A stretch of 64,000 bases of DNA from Orbicella franksi (lineage: Eukaryota): positions 19,840,001 to 19,904,000 of the forward strand of contig OZ116710.1 of assembly GCA_964199315.1 (NCBI GenBank). The letters are read 5' to 3'. The notes under the pieces are model-generated. The model was not told where the DNA came from, searched no databases, and saw only the letters and a list, made by a program, of their open reading frames with translations. Positions 25,041 to 37,881 of this stretch are shown here, piece by piece. Both the position numbers and the translations under genes were made by a program. How positions within the stretch are numbered: position 1 is the first letter of the stretch; each line of letters starts with the position of its first letter.

Positions 25041-25144
25041 CGGCAATAAAGGCGCAACATTTCAACGCAACATATTGCGAGACGGTTATGCACGGCAATA
25101 AAGGTGCAACATTTCAACGCAACATATTGCGAGACGGTTATGCA
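25041..25144. repeat. 52-bp tandem duplication inside a MITE-like element (about 25035-25275)
   Basis: cggcaataaagg(c/t)gcaacatttcaacgcaacatattgcgagacggttatgca occurs twice with 1 mismatch. Confidence 0.9.
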
Positions 25145-27509
25145 CGTGAACATGTTGCACATGTTTGGCTACCCTGTTGACAATCCCGGCAACATCATTT
25201 AACAGAACGGCCAAACGTGCGTACCAATCGTGCAATATGTTACATTGAAATGTTGCGCGCGTTTGGTTAGCACTGAGGTGTTTCGTACACTGAGCTAGCA
25301 AGACTGACCTAGCGGATTACAGCATAAACAGCGTGCCCTGCACGACTATAAATTTTATGTCGGCCCATAGAGTTTGCGAATTTTGAATTAGCTTTCAAAG
25401 AATGTGTGATATGACAGCACGCCTCTTAGTTGTTACGCAGTGGTCATCTCACCAGAACTTTAACACAATAACGAATGATTGGCACCACAGACCATGTATG
25501 TCATAGCTAAATGCACCTAATCAAACTTTCAAGAATAAACATTCCGTCTCTGCTCGCGAGTTTTTTTCTTTTTTTGCATACAAAATCAAAGGGCTCATTA
25601 GACTACCTATATGATATCCTGTTATTTTTTATTTTCCTTAGAAATAGAGAGGAATCCGGCTCCAAAAAGCAGTGGGTTTAATGGTCTAATTTTAAGGGCT
25701 TTATTGAATTATGCAAATTAAAAGAAACGATGCAATTTTCATGGCAACCAAATTTTCGATTTACTATAAATTTCTTTCTCAGAAGAAATCTAACCAGCAA
25801 TCCACTGGATTTTGGAGGCAATTTTTTCACTTTTTCAAGCAGTAAGATAACCAAAGCCAACAGCTGAAATTACCGTAGCGAGATAACCGGCTCAGAAGAG
25901 AAAAGCACTTTGACAACTCAATCAGCCAAAAACAATCTTTCCAATACGCTTCTTCTTCGTCAACCTTCTTTTTAATGTAGCATTTATGTTTAACTTTGTA
26001 TTGAAATATACTGTTGCTTTTTTATGGTACTAACTAATGTCACTAATTTTGAAGTGTGATACATATCTTTCTGTTTAAAACAACGTCGGGACAAATGCTT
26101 TCCGTAAATTTCATCTCCATAATAACAGTTTCCTTGTTCGGTTGAAAAATATCTTTATGGAGATCGTTAACGGAATCAAAAGACTGTAAAGTTGGTAAAA
26201 TTAAATCGCAAAATATCGCACTTTTTTTACTTTATGTTTGCTCTTTGTGTACGTCGATTCGCGATTAATTCAGCTCCAAGAATGACGAATATAGAAGAGT
26301 TTTATGTTCCATCAGTTTTTATTTTCAACACAAAATCCGTGGCAGGCATTAGGTCAGGAACTAAAATGCAAATTAACATTTCTGTTAGGAAAGGCAGCGA
26401 CTTTTGGTTGTCGATCGCAATAATTCGGAAATGTCAAGTACATAATGTGTCGAGCGTATTGAAATTTTGCCAGCTGACAGAAACCTTCAATTGCTGCTGC
26501 CAGGATTTTTTTTTTTATCAAAAGTAGACCTTCAAAATGACAAAAGCAAAAACAAGTAGTACAAAAACACCTTGCCTCAGTTAAATTATATATTCAACTA
26601 CGGATTGAGCCTTATCAGCATTATTAAATTCATGTATGCGGAAACAAAGAAGAAAAGTGAGAAAACTCGCCCAATTTAATTGAGGCTCCGAATTGTCGAA
26701 GGGGAATTGACTACACGTTGACAATGAAATGGCAGTATTTGTTTAAGGGTGCTCTTTAATTCCGGCATCTGAAAACTGAAAATACTTAAGAGAGACCACC
26801 TTTTGTTATTGAGTTTCAGCTTATTCCAATAAAAGAAAGTTTGACGTTTTTGTGTTTTTCATTTCAATTTTTTTCCCGTCATTTTTTGGCGCCTACGCGA
26901 CTTTGCCTCTCAGAGCGCCATTTCACTTCTTTAAAAACAAAAAATAATTCACTTATTTTTTTGGACGAACAACTTAAGTCGTTTGAGAGGTAAATAGGGA
27001 ACAAACTAAAAGGCAAAATTCGCGAGAACATTTTCAACACCTTTGTGAAGGCTAAACGATGTACACGTTAAAGAATCAAACAGTGCGTAGGAAGTTGATA
27101 ATACAGATAACTTTCAGCAACGCACGTAAGAAAATAATATTAATTTTGTGTTATTGGCACCCCACCGAAGTATTTCATACACTGATGGGTTTTCTCGGCT
27201 TTAAGTTCTGCATCAAAGAGCAGATGTTTTCTATAGAGCCCTGCCAATCATTTTCATGCAGTTTATTATTCCGTATATAACTAGGGACGAAAATCATTTG
27301 CATTCTTATAAGTTTTTGTTCTTTTCGAGGGTCCAAAACTTCCTTCAGTTTTACGTGATGAGGTTTAAAGTGGAATAAAAGAGCGAAGTAAGTTGATAGA
27401 AGAGAGGAAGAGAGATGGTATTTGCAAATAGCGCGCGACCCTTTGTTAATGATGTGACCTCCGTGCTCCGCGAAAATCGCCGTTCTCCATTTAAGGAAAG
27501 CTCTCACCA

Positions 27510-27863
27510 CAGGTGCAACGAAATCAACCGTTCGCGTGGAAGTTGTCGCTGACTAGAACGAATTCTCGAATTTGCTGCGATATAGCAAGCGCATAGTAAG
27601 ATCAAAACGTACAATTGCATTGGTTGAGATCGAGTTCTAGCTCCACGACGCACGGAGCTGCCGCCGAAGCTTGCTGCATCGATTTCCAAGCCGAATCGTC
27701 TAAATGTATAATTCGCTCGCGCTCCGCGTTGATGCCAGGGAGGCAGATGTAAATAATTCACGGAATTATATCTGTCAAATGCCAAGCTTTCGTTAATTAA
27801 TGATGACATGCACTTTGTGGAAGCAGCTGCAACAGCTGCCTGAAGGTCCCGGATGTGCAGGTG
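27510..27863 (+). promoter_or_regulatory. Proneural-type E-box cluster upstream of the candidate MTG first exon
   Basis: CAGGTG 27510, CAGATG 27744, CAGCTG 27824, CAGCTG 27833, CAGGTG 27858. Confidence 0.5.
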
Positions 27864-27997
27864 GTGATTCGCCGCGAGAAAACTCCTCGATTCGTTACGC
27901 CTTTACGTGCAACAGAGGTTTGTTGGCGAGACAGTCGCGCATAGTCTTCAATACAAGGCCTTTTTTCCGCTGTTTTTTTCTATTCACCGAAGGGTCA

Positions 27998-28037
27998 ATG
28001 AAATTCGTCGGCGGAATGCATCACCATAAATACAACG
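27998..28037 (+). CDS. Candidate proximal first exon of the MTG gene (MKFVGGMHHHKYN; frame is open back to ATG 27800)
   Basis: AAC G|gtatga donor at 28038 is phase 1. Splicing to 33606 gives ...[14 protein letters not shown]. Confidence 0.5.
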
Positions 28038-29741
28038 GTATGAGCTTTTTTTTTTGTCCTAAATGAATTTGCCATTGAATTTTTTTTCCCGTGCATTTAT
28101 ACCTCACCCACGATTTTGTAAATATATATTTTTATGAAATTCATTTTCGCTGATGGTTACCGGATCATAGTGAAAAAAAATTACATATAGCATTTCAAAT
28201 TTCGTTCAATTTTCGGTTTCACCCTATGAATTTATTTATTTCTTCAAGTAACCGGGATTTTTTTGTTTTAAATTGGAGGTAAAATATCACGTCGCTGTCA
28301 TATATTTGTGGAATATATATTTTTTCGCATCGCTGGGAAAGCAATTACGGCCTACAGTTGGCCTTGTTGAACGGCTCGCCGCCCCAGCACCACTTAGAAA
28401 GACTTGTGTAAATAAAACATAAGTTGTCAGTGGAACGTTTCGACAGGAGAAAACAGCTCGCTTTCTTTAATGTCCCTCGGTGAGTGGCTGAAACAGATGT
28501 ACACACGATACAATAACTACACCAACAATCAGACAATTTGCACGTGCGGAATTCGACCAATCACAATCGAGCATGCATTGCAGGGTTTTACCGGTTATCG
28601 TTTTCCTCTTGTTCAATTCATCAGAGACACGACAAAAACAATTTAAACAGGCCATTTTTTCAGTTTTTCGTTTTTGCATTTTTGAACTTCATTTACTCGC
28701 GATCGTTTTCGTGTTTTGAAAGTCATGCGATCATTTTGTTTTTCACACAAGTAGGGATCACGTTACACGGAAACGCAGTTCGAATTCGGCCGAAATAATT
28801 ATTCCTTACGGGGGCACGTGTGCGAGAGATCTATTTTAATGAATCTGAGCTTAATTATTTATTACTTTAGCAACTGAAAAGCTTTTAAAGCATATGGTTT
28901 CTTTAGTTCTGTAAAACATGAGGCGGATAACGAAATCTCTTTGGTTTTTCACCGTGTTAAAAGTAGCTAATCCTCGACATCACAGATTATCTCTTAATTT
29001 TTTTAATCTTTATTTTATGTTTTACAACAAAAGAAATCTTGCTCTGTCCTAAGGTGTCGTAGCATCTGCATTGGAACCCAGGCTCTCAGTATTTCTTAGC
29101 AACGGCGCTTGATTACCATATTTAGAAACGCAAACAATGGTGCGAGGGTCTGGGAGTGCACCTGCTGGTATCGAGTCGCTAAATTCCCGTATGCACAGCT
29201 GTTTACAGTCGCTTTATACCACCTGATAGTTGATAAGGAGTGTTATCTCCTCGCAAATATTGCATATTGTGTTTGGAAGGCGGCTGGGAAAATCTCGGAG
29301 AATCGAGCGACAGAACACATTTTCGGTTTTCTATGCAGATTCACTTGGGATCGCTTTTTTCTGTGCCTTTTTCATTACCGAGCAAAAAATATTGCAATAA
29401 AAATGAAGCTGCTTCCGCACGGAGTCGATATCAATTTGTGTTTTTGCTTTTCAAACAAGAAAATGAAAATTGAAATTACTTTTGTGTTGGTGACAGCTAG
29501 TTAAATATTAAGCAAGACATTTGGCGATATTTTTGCAATGAATAATATTTTTCCCACGAAAAGGCCTTTCCAGTTTGGAATAGGCAGCGCTTTCGACTGA
29601 AATTTCACATACTTAATTTATTTTTTCCACAGTTCAATAGACCGTAAGGTACGCGCTAAAGAAATATGATAAACAATACTTAAAAATATCCTCTGATATT
29701 TTATACGTCAGCTTTACATTCATTTATTCATAACACCCGGT

Positions 29742-29766
29742 TCACGTGACCCACTCCATGACGTCA
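29742..29766. promoter_or_regulatory. TCACGTGA E-box next to a perfect CRE (TGACGTCA)
   Basis: TCACGTGA at 29742-29749 and TGACGTCA at 29759-29766, at the start of a CpG-enriched patch. Confidence 0.4.
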
Positions 29767-32700
29767 CTAATTAATTGCTTCACCGGTGGCTGTGTTACTC
29801 GATGGGAGTCAAACTAAAGGCCCTTTCTGGCGTAGCAAAGACTTGGTTATGCCGGCTGTTACTTCAGGTATTTTCCTATATATTGCTCATATTCCATAGC
29901 AGTGGACTGCATTCATTGAAGTTGTGGTTTCTCGGAATCGTTTGTGTTGCCGTTCGTGAAATTTTCAAAGCGCCACCTTGAGTAATGTAGTCACTGTTGA
30001 CGAATTTCTTTTATGGCGTCGGATTTTGCTTCGCTGTCTATTGTTTTGTTTAGCGATGGATTACCAGAAGGACTCCGGAATACGCTTGGTTATCTTTCTT
30101 AGATTTGAGGATTTGTTTTGAAAGGATCTTGACTTTGTAAGACCATCTTAGACGTTGAGTTCGTTGAGATGCAAAATCAAATGTCTTTCAATGCTTGCGC
30201 TGTTTAGACGGAGCCATGAGCTTTTATTTATTTATGTTTTTGGCGAGAGGAGCGACCCAGCGTTACCAAAATTTGTTACAAAGACTCAGAATGCTAATTT
30301 TAAACGCGAGGTATGTCTTAGAGACTTTGGCGGTTTTCAGGTAGAATTGTAAGTCCTGATTTTTTATGCGTACGCTTCATTTTCGCAAAGGGTAGTTAGC
30401 GAACATGTCGAGTTATTAAATCCCTTTCTTTGGTGAATTAGAATATGATATCTCAAGGTTTAGCTTTCTATTTCGCGTTCTCTCTGTAGGTTTGTTTGTT
30501 GCAAGGCAGGAATCCTTCGATTCTTGGGTGAAAAGTTAAACGATTCGATCCTAAAACACATGTTTCTTTTTGTGGAATAAGGTAGCGATGTACTAGTTGC
30601 AGGGTGACACACTGTTTCTTTCGCCATAAGTAGTAACATGTGTATACTCTAAGTTAAACTCGTACCGTTTCAGTATGTTTCTCAATGAATCTTTTGCATT
30701 TTCGTAATGTCATTAGAAACCCATGATGACAGCGATGCGTATTTTCTAGGTCATCTATGGAGATTAGAACAATCTTTCTTCTTTGCTTGTGAAAATAAAT
30801 CATTTTCGTGACTTATTTATTCACAGGATCTTTTGTGGCGAAATTTGTTCAAGGTAGAGCGATGCTTAGTAAAAAAATAACTTCGGGTGGAAGTGTGTTG
30901 TTGGATTGGATTGTATTCGACAAACAAGGCGAGCCACTCGATCAAATCTAGTGGCGGTAATTTTATAAATGTAATTGAAAACTAGTATTATTCCTATTAT
31001 TTAACGATGTTTTTGTGTATGTACAAGAGGGTTGCTGTTGTAGAGTAGTTAGGGTTTGTCCGGATATTTTATCTCTGTATGCAAATAAGATTTCGGAAAC
31101 CTATTTTCTCTAAAACTTATTTATGAATGAGAGACCATGCCAATATACTCTTTTGAATTTATGATGTTCAGTCGAGCAAGACTATTGTTTTGTGCGCAGA
31201 AATTTGTAGTCAATGATAAATATTATGACAACAACATTTCAGCCAGCTTAATTTTAATGGAAGATGCTTAGTTTTCTGGTCAGCGACCATAGGTTAAGTG
31301 AAATGTCAATCATTGTCTAAATCAAATTGTGTCTGGCATTCTCAGCAGTTATTAATGCATGTGACCAGTTGTTACATAACACATTTTTGATTTTTGATTT
31401 CATACATGGAAGTTATTGTCTTTTTTTTATCATTCATGCCAGGACAATATTGTAAAGCTTTTTAAATATATTGTATAATATGTATTGATGCATCTGGTAA
31501 AGAAACACAGCATATCAGCTACACTGTAATGAGTGTACAAAATTAGGCATAGATTTGTTGCAACTTGTAATTCATAGAGTTGGAATTATAGTTTATAATG
31601 TTGAAATTGATAAATTGTCATGAATACTTGAAATCAAACGTGATTTAAAAGATGAGCTAATTTTGCATTCTTCAGGATGACTTTATTTTTTTCTCAGAAT
31701 TTCTATTTGAACACCATTCTAAAAATACAATCACTTAGGTTCAATCCTGGGAATTTTGTGGCTGATACGTGTGCATGTGTATATAAATCTCTGCTCTTTC
31801 TCTTTGTTTGGTTAATTACGTGATAGTTGGGGATAATACAGGTGGTTCAGTTTGATGAATAAGGTCTATCAATCAGACAATCTGCACCAATTGTATACCT
31901 TAATCTACATGTGATAATCAACACTTTTTTAATTTCCAGCCTGTTTGTTTTCTACTCTTTGTAAAACTGTTCTTTTCTAGATTGTTTGGGTTAACCAGAC
32001 TTGTGTCTGTCTGGCAGAATATAACTAGAAACTCAAAGACAATATTCACCAAAGTTCAGATATTCTAACGCACAATATTTATTATGCTATTTATTTTGAT
32101 TTGAAAGTGATAAGGCAATTTGAACTTTCCAAGTGTTTTTCTTTTGTGTGTAAATGTAACCAACAGAATTGTTTAGTAGCTTGTCTAAATGTTGTGGTAC
32201 AACTTTATTCTTGGTTCAATATTAACTTTCTCATTGTTGTTATCTATGGAAATGTGTGATGCTGTCGTTTGCATTTAATCGTGAACATGTCACAAAAAAC
32301 ACGATCTAATTGGGCATGATTTGTTGCATGATTGGTCATAATTAATTTGAAGGGTGGCATACCAGCTATGTAAACATTTGACTCCAAAGTCCAACACGAT
32401 ATTGGTATTGCTTTATCAAGTTATGAACGTGTTCTCACTAAGTGTGGATGAAACTTCAAACCAGGAGGTCCCTAGATAAAGGGAATCCCAGTTTGAAGCA
32501 CATATAGTGACTGTACATTTTTTTGGTAACTCAGCAACAAAATACCAGTTGTGTTGGACTTTGGGCATGGGAGTTTGCGTTATGGTCTACCAAACTTCAG
32601 ATGATTAATGAAGAATCATGCAATGTTTGACAGCTGTTTAGATCATGTTTTTTTAAGGTGCGTTTACACTTAGTTGCAAATGATGATATAAGTATAAACC

Positions 32701-33147
32701 AAAGGAAAAAATGAAATTGCACTGAGGCTGAAATTGAACCACAATATATTTTTGCCACTTTTTGGATATATGAGTTGTATGCAGTTTTATTGAAACATTA
32801 ATTCCAAGAATCAGTTTTTTAAATGTGACATGTATACACATGTATTGGGCTTCAGGATTTACATTAATTTTAATGCTGGTCTTCCACAGAAAGACATGTT
32901 TTTTTTGCAAATATGCGTGCTTTTTAACAAACATATAATTGCATGTATTATAGGTTACTATTTAATTCTCTTTCTTGACTCCCAACTAATTGTTTCTGTC
33001 CTTGAAGATAATGTTACAACTAAATAAAGAAAAAAAACCTCTGGTGAAGTATGGAGAGAGCATATGGTTTATTTTAGGCTGGCCTGTAATTCTTTTGATA
33101 AACTGTCAAACTGTCATTGTCTTGCAGTAAAATTTCACCATATGAAG

Positions 33148-33182
<35 letters not shown>

Positions 33183-33605
33183 GCAGCCATACGGTTCTTG
33201 TGGTCTAACCTTCTGCAAACAAATGTTCTTGGGTGCTGAGGAGAAATGTTCAAGATTATTCTGGGGTTCCAAAAACTATCCATACTCACCCCATGGAAGG
33301 GGTGGGGGGTCTCAAGCCAAAACTTTGGAAGAAAAGAATGAGGCTCAACTGGAATTTCTGTAGGGTTTTTTTGTTGTTGTTGTTGTTGTTTGGGGGAGGG
33401 GGAATCCAATCCAACAACCTTTGTGAGGGAGAGTGTGGATATTTTCTGGAACAACACAGTGGATAAAGATGTTGATGTGCTGTTGAGTGCAGCTGAAAGT
33501 TCAGTACTTTGAGAGTTTCTTGTTAGCAGAGGTTTGATTTTAATGCTTTCAAAAGAGAAAGCATATGGTAATTTTAAACTAAGAGGATGTTTGTTGATGT
33601 TACAG

Positions 33606-33955
33606 ATTTAAGAGAGGCAAGCATGCCGGATTCACCAACAGACCCAGCTGCTCATCCCCCTCAAGGACCTCCAGTGTCATCCCCAAATGCAAACCCTTCA
33701 TCTGTACCAGTGGTGGCTGATGTAAGGTCACTGTCTAATAATTCCACCTCACCAGCTGTCAATGGTGTTCACACCAGTCCCACAGGACCAGTTTCCCCAA
33801 GCAGTATTGGGAACAGCGTGACGCAGCTGCCTCCAGCTTGTGGTGCACGACAGCTGAGCAAGTTGAAACGGTTTCTGACAACACTGCAACAGTTTGGTTC
33901 AGACATATCCCCAGAAATTGGTGAAAGAGTCAGAGGACTTGTGATGAATCTTGTG
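33606..33955 (+). CDS. RUNX1T1: MTG/ETO/nervy co-repressor (co-orthologue of RUNX1T1/CBFA2T2/CBFA2T3), exon with MPDSP (ATG 33623) and start of NHR1/TAFH
   Basis: [40 protein letters not shown] is nearly identical to ETO NHR1. Acceptor ttacag at 33604-33605; donor GTG|gtatgt at 33956. Confidence 0.95.
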
Positions 33956-35197
33956 GTATGTGTTAACTGTTTACAAAATTCTTGCTTCACAGTGCATGGG
34001 CTTGGGTTGGCTTGTCGTGTTTCAGAAGTCAGGTCTTACATGTAAATTAATATTCCTTGGGGTTTTCAGAATTATATAATTTGTAGCTTATCTGAATGGT
34101 TTCCACTAACTACTAACAAGACATACATTGTATACGAAGTGGAACTCCAAACATTAAGGGCTGTGAAATCTGGTCATTCCAAGTTCAAGTAGTTTTAGAA
34201 ATGTTGATACTGGGTGGTCTCAAAGAAGCCCTCAAAGAAGCCCTCAGCAAGAATGCTATTTTAACTAGCTCAAGGCAATTGGGATATGTTTACAGTATTT
34301 GCCTTATTAGCATAAATACTCCAGTCTCTGACTGTACATTTATCTACAAAAAGTTCAACTCTGGACATTGAAAAGGCTTGAAATTTGAGCCTTTATGTGA
34401 TTTGGGATTAAAAGTCAAACTTTCATAGTTGGAATATATGGGCTCATCATCACTTTTGCCATGCAGAAATTTTGCAGTTTTTGAAAGCCAATATCTCCTT
34501 GAATATTACACCCCAAGAAGCTAAATATTTCACCACTTCCTATGTTTCACGAGCTCTTAAAATGTTTGGAGTTAATTACTACCTACATGTAGCATGGTGC
34601 CTTCCCAAACCAAAGTTGAGAGTTGTACAGGGGGGGTCTCTGGCACCGTTCACGAACGGAAGAAATTTAGGATCATGGATAACGGATATAAAATTTCGTT
34701 TTCCCAAATCACGGAAATAAGCAAGTAAGATACTCTTTTTAATAATCTGCTCTTACACTAGAAACAGTGTTTGAAGAAAGCAAAATTGTAAAAAGCTAAA
34801 TCAAGGGTCCATATTGCAAATCGTATACCTAAGTCACTCTCGATAAAACGATTCTAACCATTCAGAGGACTTGCATCTCAAAATAACATAGAATAGGATG
34901 GTGAAATCACAAATATCGATTAATAATTCAAGTTCTTTACAGGTCATGGAAAACCTTCAGGTCACGGATCGCGAAGAATAATTTCCTAAATTCACATTTC
35001 ACGGAAAATAAATCAGCTAATCACGTATCACGAGAATACCCCTGTACGACCCTCAAAGTTGTATGCCTATGAGGCAAAATGGAAGCAATGATGTCAGCAT
35101 TATACAGAGATAAACCAGATAATGATATGATGATGGTACTTTTGTACTATACAAGTTGGCAGACTTTCGTATAAGCTTTAGTCTCTTCTTATTTCAG

Positions 35198-35287
35198 AAC
35201 TCAACAATATCCATTGAAGAATTCCATGCTCAGCTACAAGAAGCTACCAACTTTCCTCTTAGGCCATTTGTTATCCCATTTCTGAAG
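35198..35287 (+). CDS. RUNX1T1: MTG exon (NHR1: [30 protein letters not shown])
   Basis: 90 nt, tttcag acceptor and gtatgt donor, phase 0/0. Not in the ORF track. Confidence 0.95.
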
Positions 35288-35951
35288 GTATGTTTTCCAG
35301 AGCTTTTATGAATCAGATCAATGTACAGTGTACATGTAATTTGTGCAGGCTTATATTTGATACTAGGTTTACCTTGTGTATTGTGACAAATGTAAAACCT
35401 TCTTAATGAATGGCTGTTGGTAAATTTATCATTGCAATTTGCCTGGTGATTTTTGTGTGTTTATACTATACTACTCTGATCTACATGTAAAAAAACAAAA
35501 TTTCTGTAAAATTATGAACATGAACAGATTGTTTGGGAGAGTGCTTACAGTTTTGTGGCTTGAAATTGTACATGGTGTGAAGTTTGATTTCACTACAACA
35601 TCTCAATTTATTAGTTTGTGCAGTTACATGTAAAGTTGTAATTTAATCGCAATTTCTACCGAAGAGAAGGAACCCTAGGTTTGGCTGGAACACAAAAGTC
35701 AAGTGTCTAAAACCTAGTGATCACTTTATATGTATACTATGAGAAAGAAAAATTCATTTGTTGAGGGCTAGTGATCATCAGACGCTTTGTTTGTTTTTAA
35801 ATGTCTAGTGTAGGATTTTTCATCCAGGAAGGATTACTAGTAATGTTTTCGAAATTATTTTTGTGTTAATATCAGTTTAGTGATAGTGTTGCTATCAATC
35901 AGATCCATATTAGTATTGAACAGTAACATGTTTATGTCATTTAATTTTTAG

Positions 35952-36142
35952 GCAAACTTACCATTGTTACAAAGAGAACTGCTTCAGTGTGCACAAATGG
36001 CAAAACAGACTCCTCCACAATATCTGCGGCAGCATGAAGACATTTTAAGTGAACGTGATACAACACCCTTGGATCCAGAGGAGCTGAATCCTTTAGAAAT
36101 AAATGAGAATGGAAAACGGAAGGCTTCTTCTGAAGGCATGAG
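35952..36142 (+). CDS. RUNX1T1: MTG exon ([21 protein letters not shown]...NENGKRK)
   Basis: ttttag acceptor; donor AG|gtgcaa at 36143, phase 2, inferred from the frame of the next exon. Confidence 0.88.
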
Positions 36143-36375
36143 GTGCAATAATTTGAATTTTATAAGTTATCTAGTCCTATTCACTGAGATATTTAATTTT
36201 GCCAGCACTAAGAAGTTTAATACTCAGAAATGTGTTGAATTCAAGTGCTACTGTATGATGACAGTATAGAGTTGAAGAGCTGTAGGCTACCTAGCAAACA
36301 AGCCATTTAACTAAGTTGTAGCCCTGTTACATTGTAAGAATAATAAGGGTAACATGATCTTGTCATTTCTTACAG

Positions 36376-36412
36376 ACCTAAAGAAAATGGGGCCCCTCCT
36401 GACTTAGCCATG
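36376..36412 (+). CDS. RUNX1T1: MTG 37-nt exon (RPKENGAPPDLAM)
   Basis: tttcttacag acceptor and gtaagt donor; matches ETO RTKENG. Confidence 0.85.
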
Positions 36413-36623
36413 GTAAGTTGGATGAGGATTGATTATATTTAAACCATCCATCTCCTTTCCCTTATGGACAATGCTGGATTTACACAGATTTATAACATTG
36501 CTGGAGCTTGTCTAATGATTCAAACTGAGATTTCTCCTCCTGTACTGTCATGCAGTACTATCTGACTCTAAAATACAATGTGATCATCAATTTTTAAATG
36601 ATATGTTTGACTTTCTTTTGTAG

Positions 36624-36672
36624 CAAATGATGGCAGAGTTAGGAAAGCCAATACCGAAGAGACCATGTTTGA
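36624..36672 (+). CDS. RUNX1T1: MTG 49-nt exon (QMMAELGKPIPKRPCL)
   Basis: ttttgtag acceptor, A|gtaagt phase-1 donor; KRPC motif as in ETO. Confidence 0.85.
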
Positions 36673-37035
36673 GTAAGTATACCAGTATAAAGAATGTACA
36701 GTGTTATGTGTAACTTACAGCACCTTTTTCCTTCTCCCATCATCATACATCCCATAGTTATTTTTTAGTTATGTAATTCCTCTTGCTTGCAAGCTGTAAA
36801 TTGCTTTTATGGCAAAATGGTTTTAGTTAACGGTGTACAAGTTGTTTGTAAAATCTCTGTTCTGGATAAATACCTGTCTAAAACAGCCTCTTAAATAATT
36901 ATTATGTTCTGTTTGCTAGTAAATTAGATTTGAAAGTTTAGCACACCATCAATACCCCTCATGGTTGACCCTGATCACTCAGCCATACTGACTACATTTT
37001 ATCATTTTTTGAGCTAATGATTGTTTTTCTTACAG

Positions 37036-37098
37036 GCAATAACAGTGGCCTCAGTAAACCAAATCAGTTAAGAATGGAAGACATCACAATGCCACAAG
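37036..37098 (+). CDS. RUNX1T1: MTG 63-nt exon (SNNSGLSKPNQLRMEDITMPQ)
   Basis: tttcttacag acceptor, G|gtactg donor, phase 1/1; LRMEDI resembles ETO YRLDDM. Confidence 0.82.
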
Positions 37099-37792
37099 GT
37101 ACTGTAATATTTAACAAAACTTGAGTGATTTTTGCATGTAGTAATATGTGTGTTATAATTCTGAGCTATCATCATGTGCACTGAGGTAAACTTTCAGTGG
37201 CTTCTTACCTGCATGTAGATGTAGCTATGCAATATACTTTGAAGTCATTTATTGCTTTGTCCAAAATGTCTTCAAATTGGAGGAAACTGCCACGTGATAG
37301 GTTACCAAAGAGGTGACAATAATTCCTAAAATGATGTAGCCAAAAAATAAGAAGACTTGTTTTGCCTGGGAAAGAGAGGCAAAAAAAAAAATTCTTTACT
37401 GATCAGATAGAACTACACAGGTTCATTGCATACACGAGTTTCTCAGAGATGTGATTTTTGAACATTTACATGTACAGATGTTATCATTTGGCTTGAAACA
37501 TAGACATCAATAGACATTTCTTACATGCAGCAAGAAATAAATACCTTTTTTGGGGGCTTAAAGCCATCAAGGATGGTGCTTGAAGATTATTTTGAGATAA
37601 TAGTTATTTATCATGTAATAATAAAACTAATAATAGTAATTCACACAGGTGCAATGAAAAAAAAAGGCCAAATAATGCACTTTGTAAGTTTTTTTTTCAT
37701 GACCTGCCTTCTCATATTTTTTTGTAACATGGTAAAGAGAAGTCAGAGTTTCATCATTATGATGTATTATAGTTTTGTTGCTTATTTCACAG

Positions 37793-37881
37793 CAGGCAGC
37801 TCACGTGATGGTGAACCTACAATGCCAGAGGCACTGTTAGACAACAAACATGAAATGGATGATTGGAGACATGTAGACACG
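37793..37881 (+). CDS. RUNX1T1: MTG exon into NHR2 (...HEMDDWRHVDT); tandem CAGCAG acceptor (37793 or 37796)
   Basis: DDWRHVDT resembles ETO EEWKHLDH; donor ACG|gtaagt at 37882. Confidence 0.88.

Noticed and set aside
25041-25144. Direct repeats as a CRISPR-like array
   Set aside because: There are two abutting copies with no spacer, in eukaryotic DNA, and no cas genes.
30155-30352. ORF ending at a gtaagt donor as a third coding first exon of MTG
   Set aside because: The donor is phase 2 in this frame, which is incompatible with the phase-1 acceptor at 33606.
13300-33500. Numerous 60-130 aa track ORFs in the MTG upstream region
   Set aside because: They are low-complexity, Phe/Leu/Ile/Lys-biased translations of AT-rich DNA, mostly with non-ATG starts, and have no domains or consistent splice context, apart from the two candidate first exons reported.
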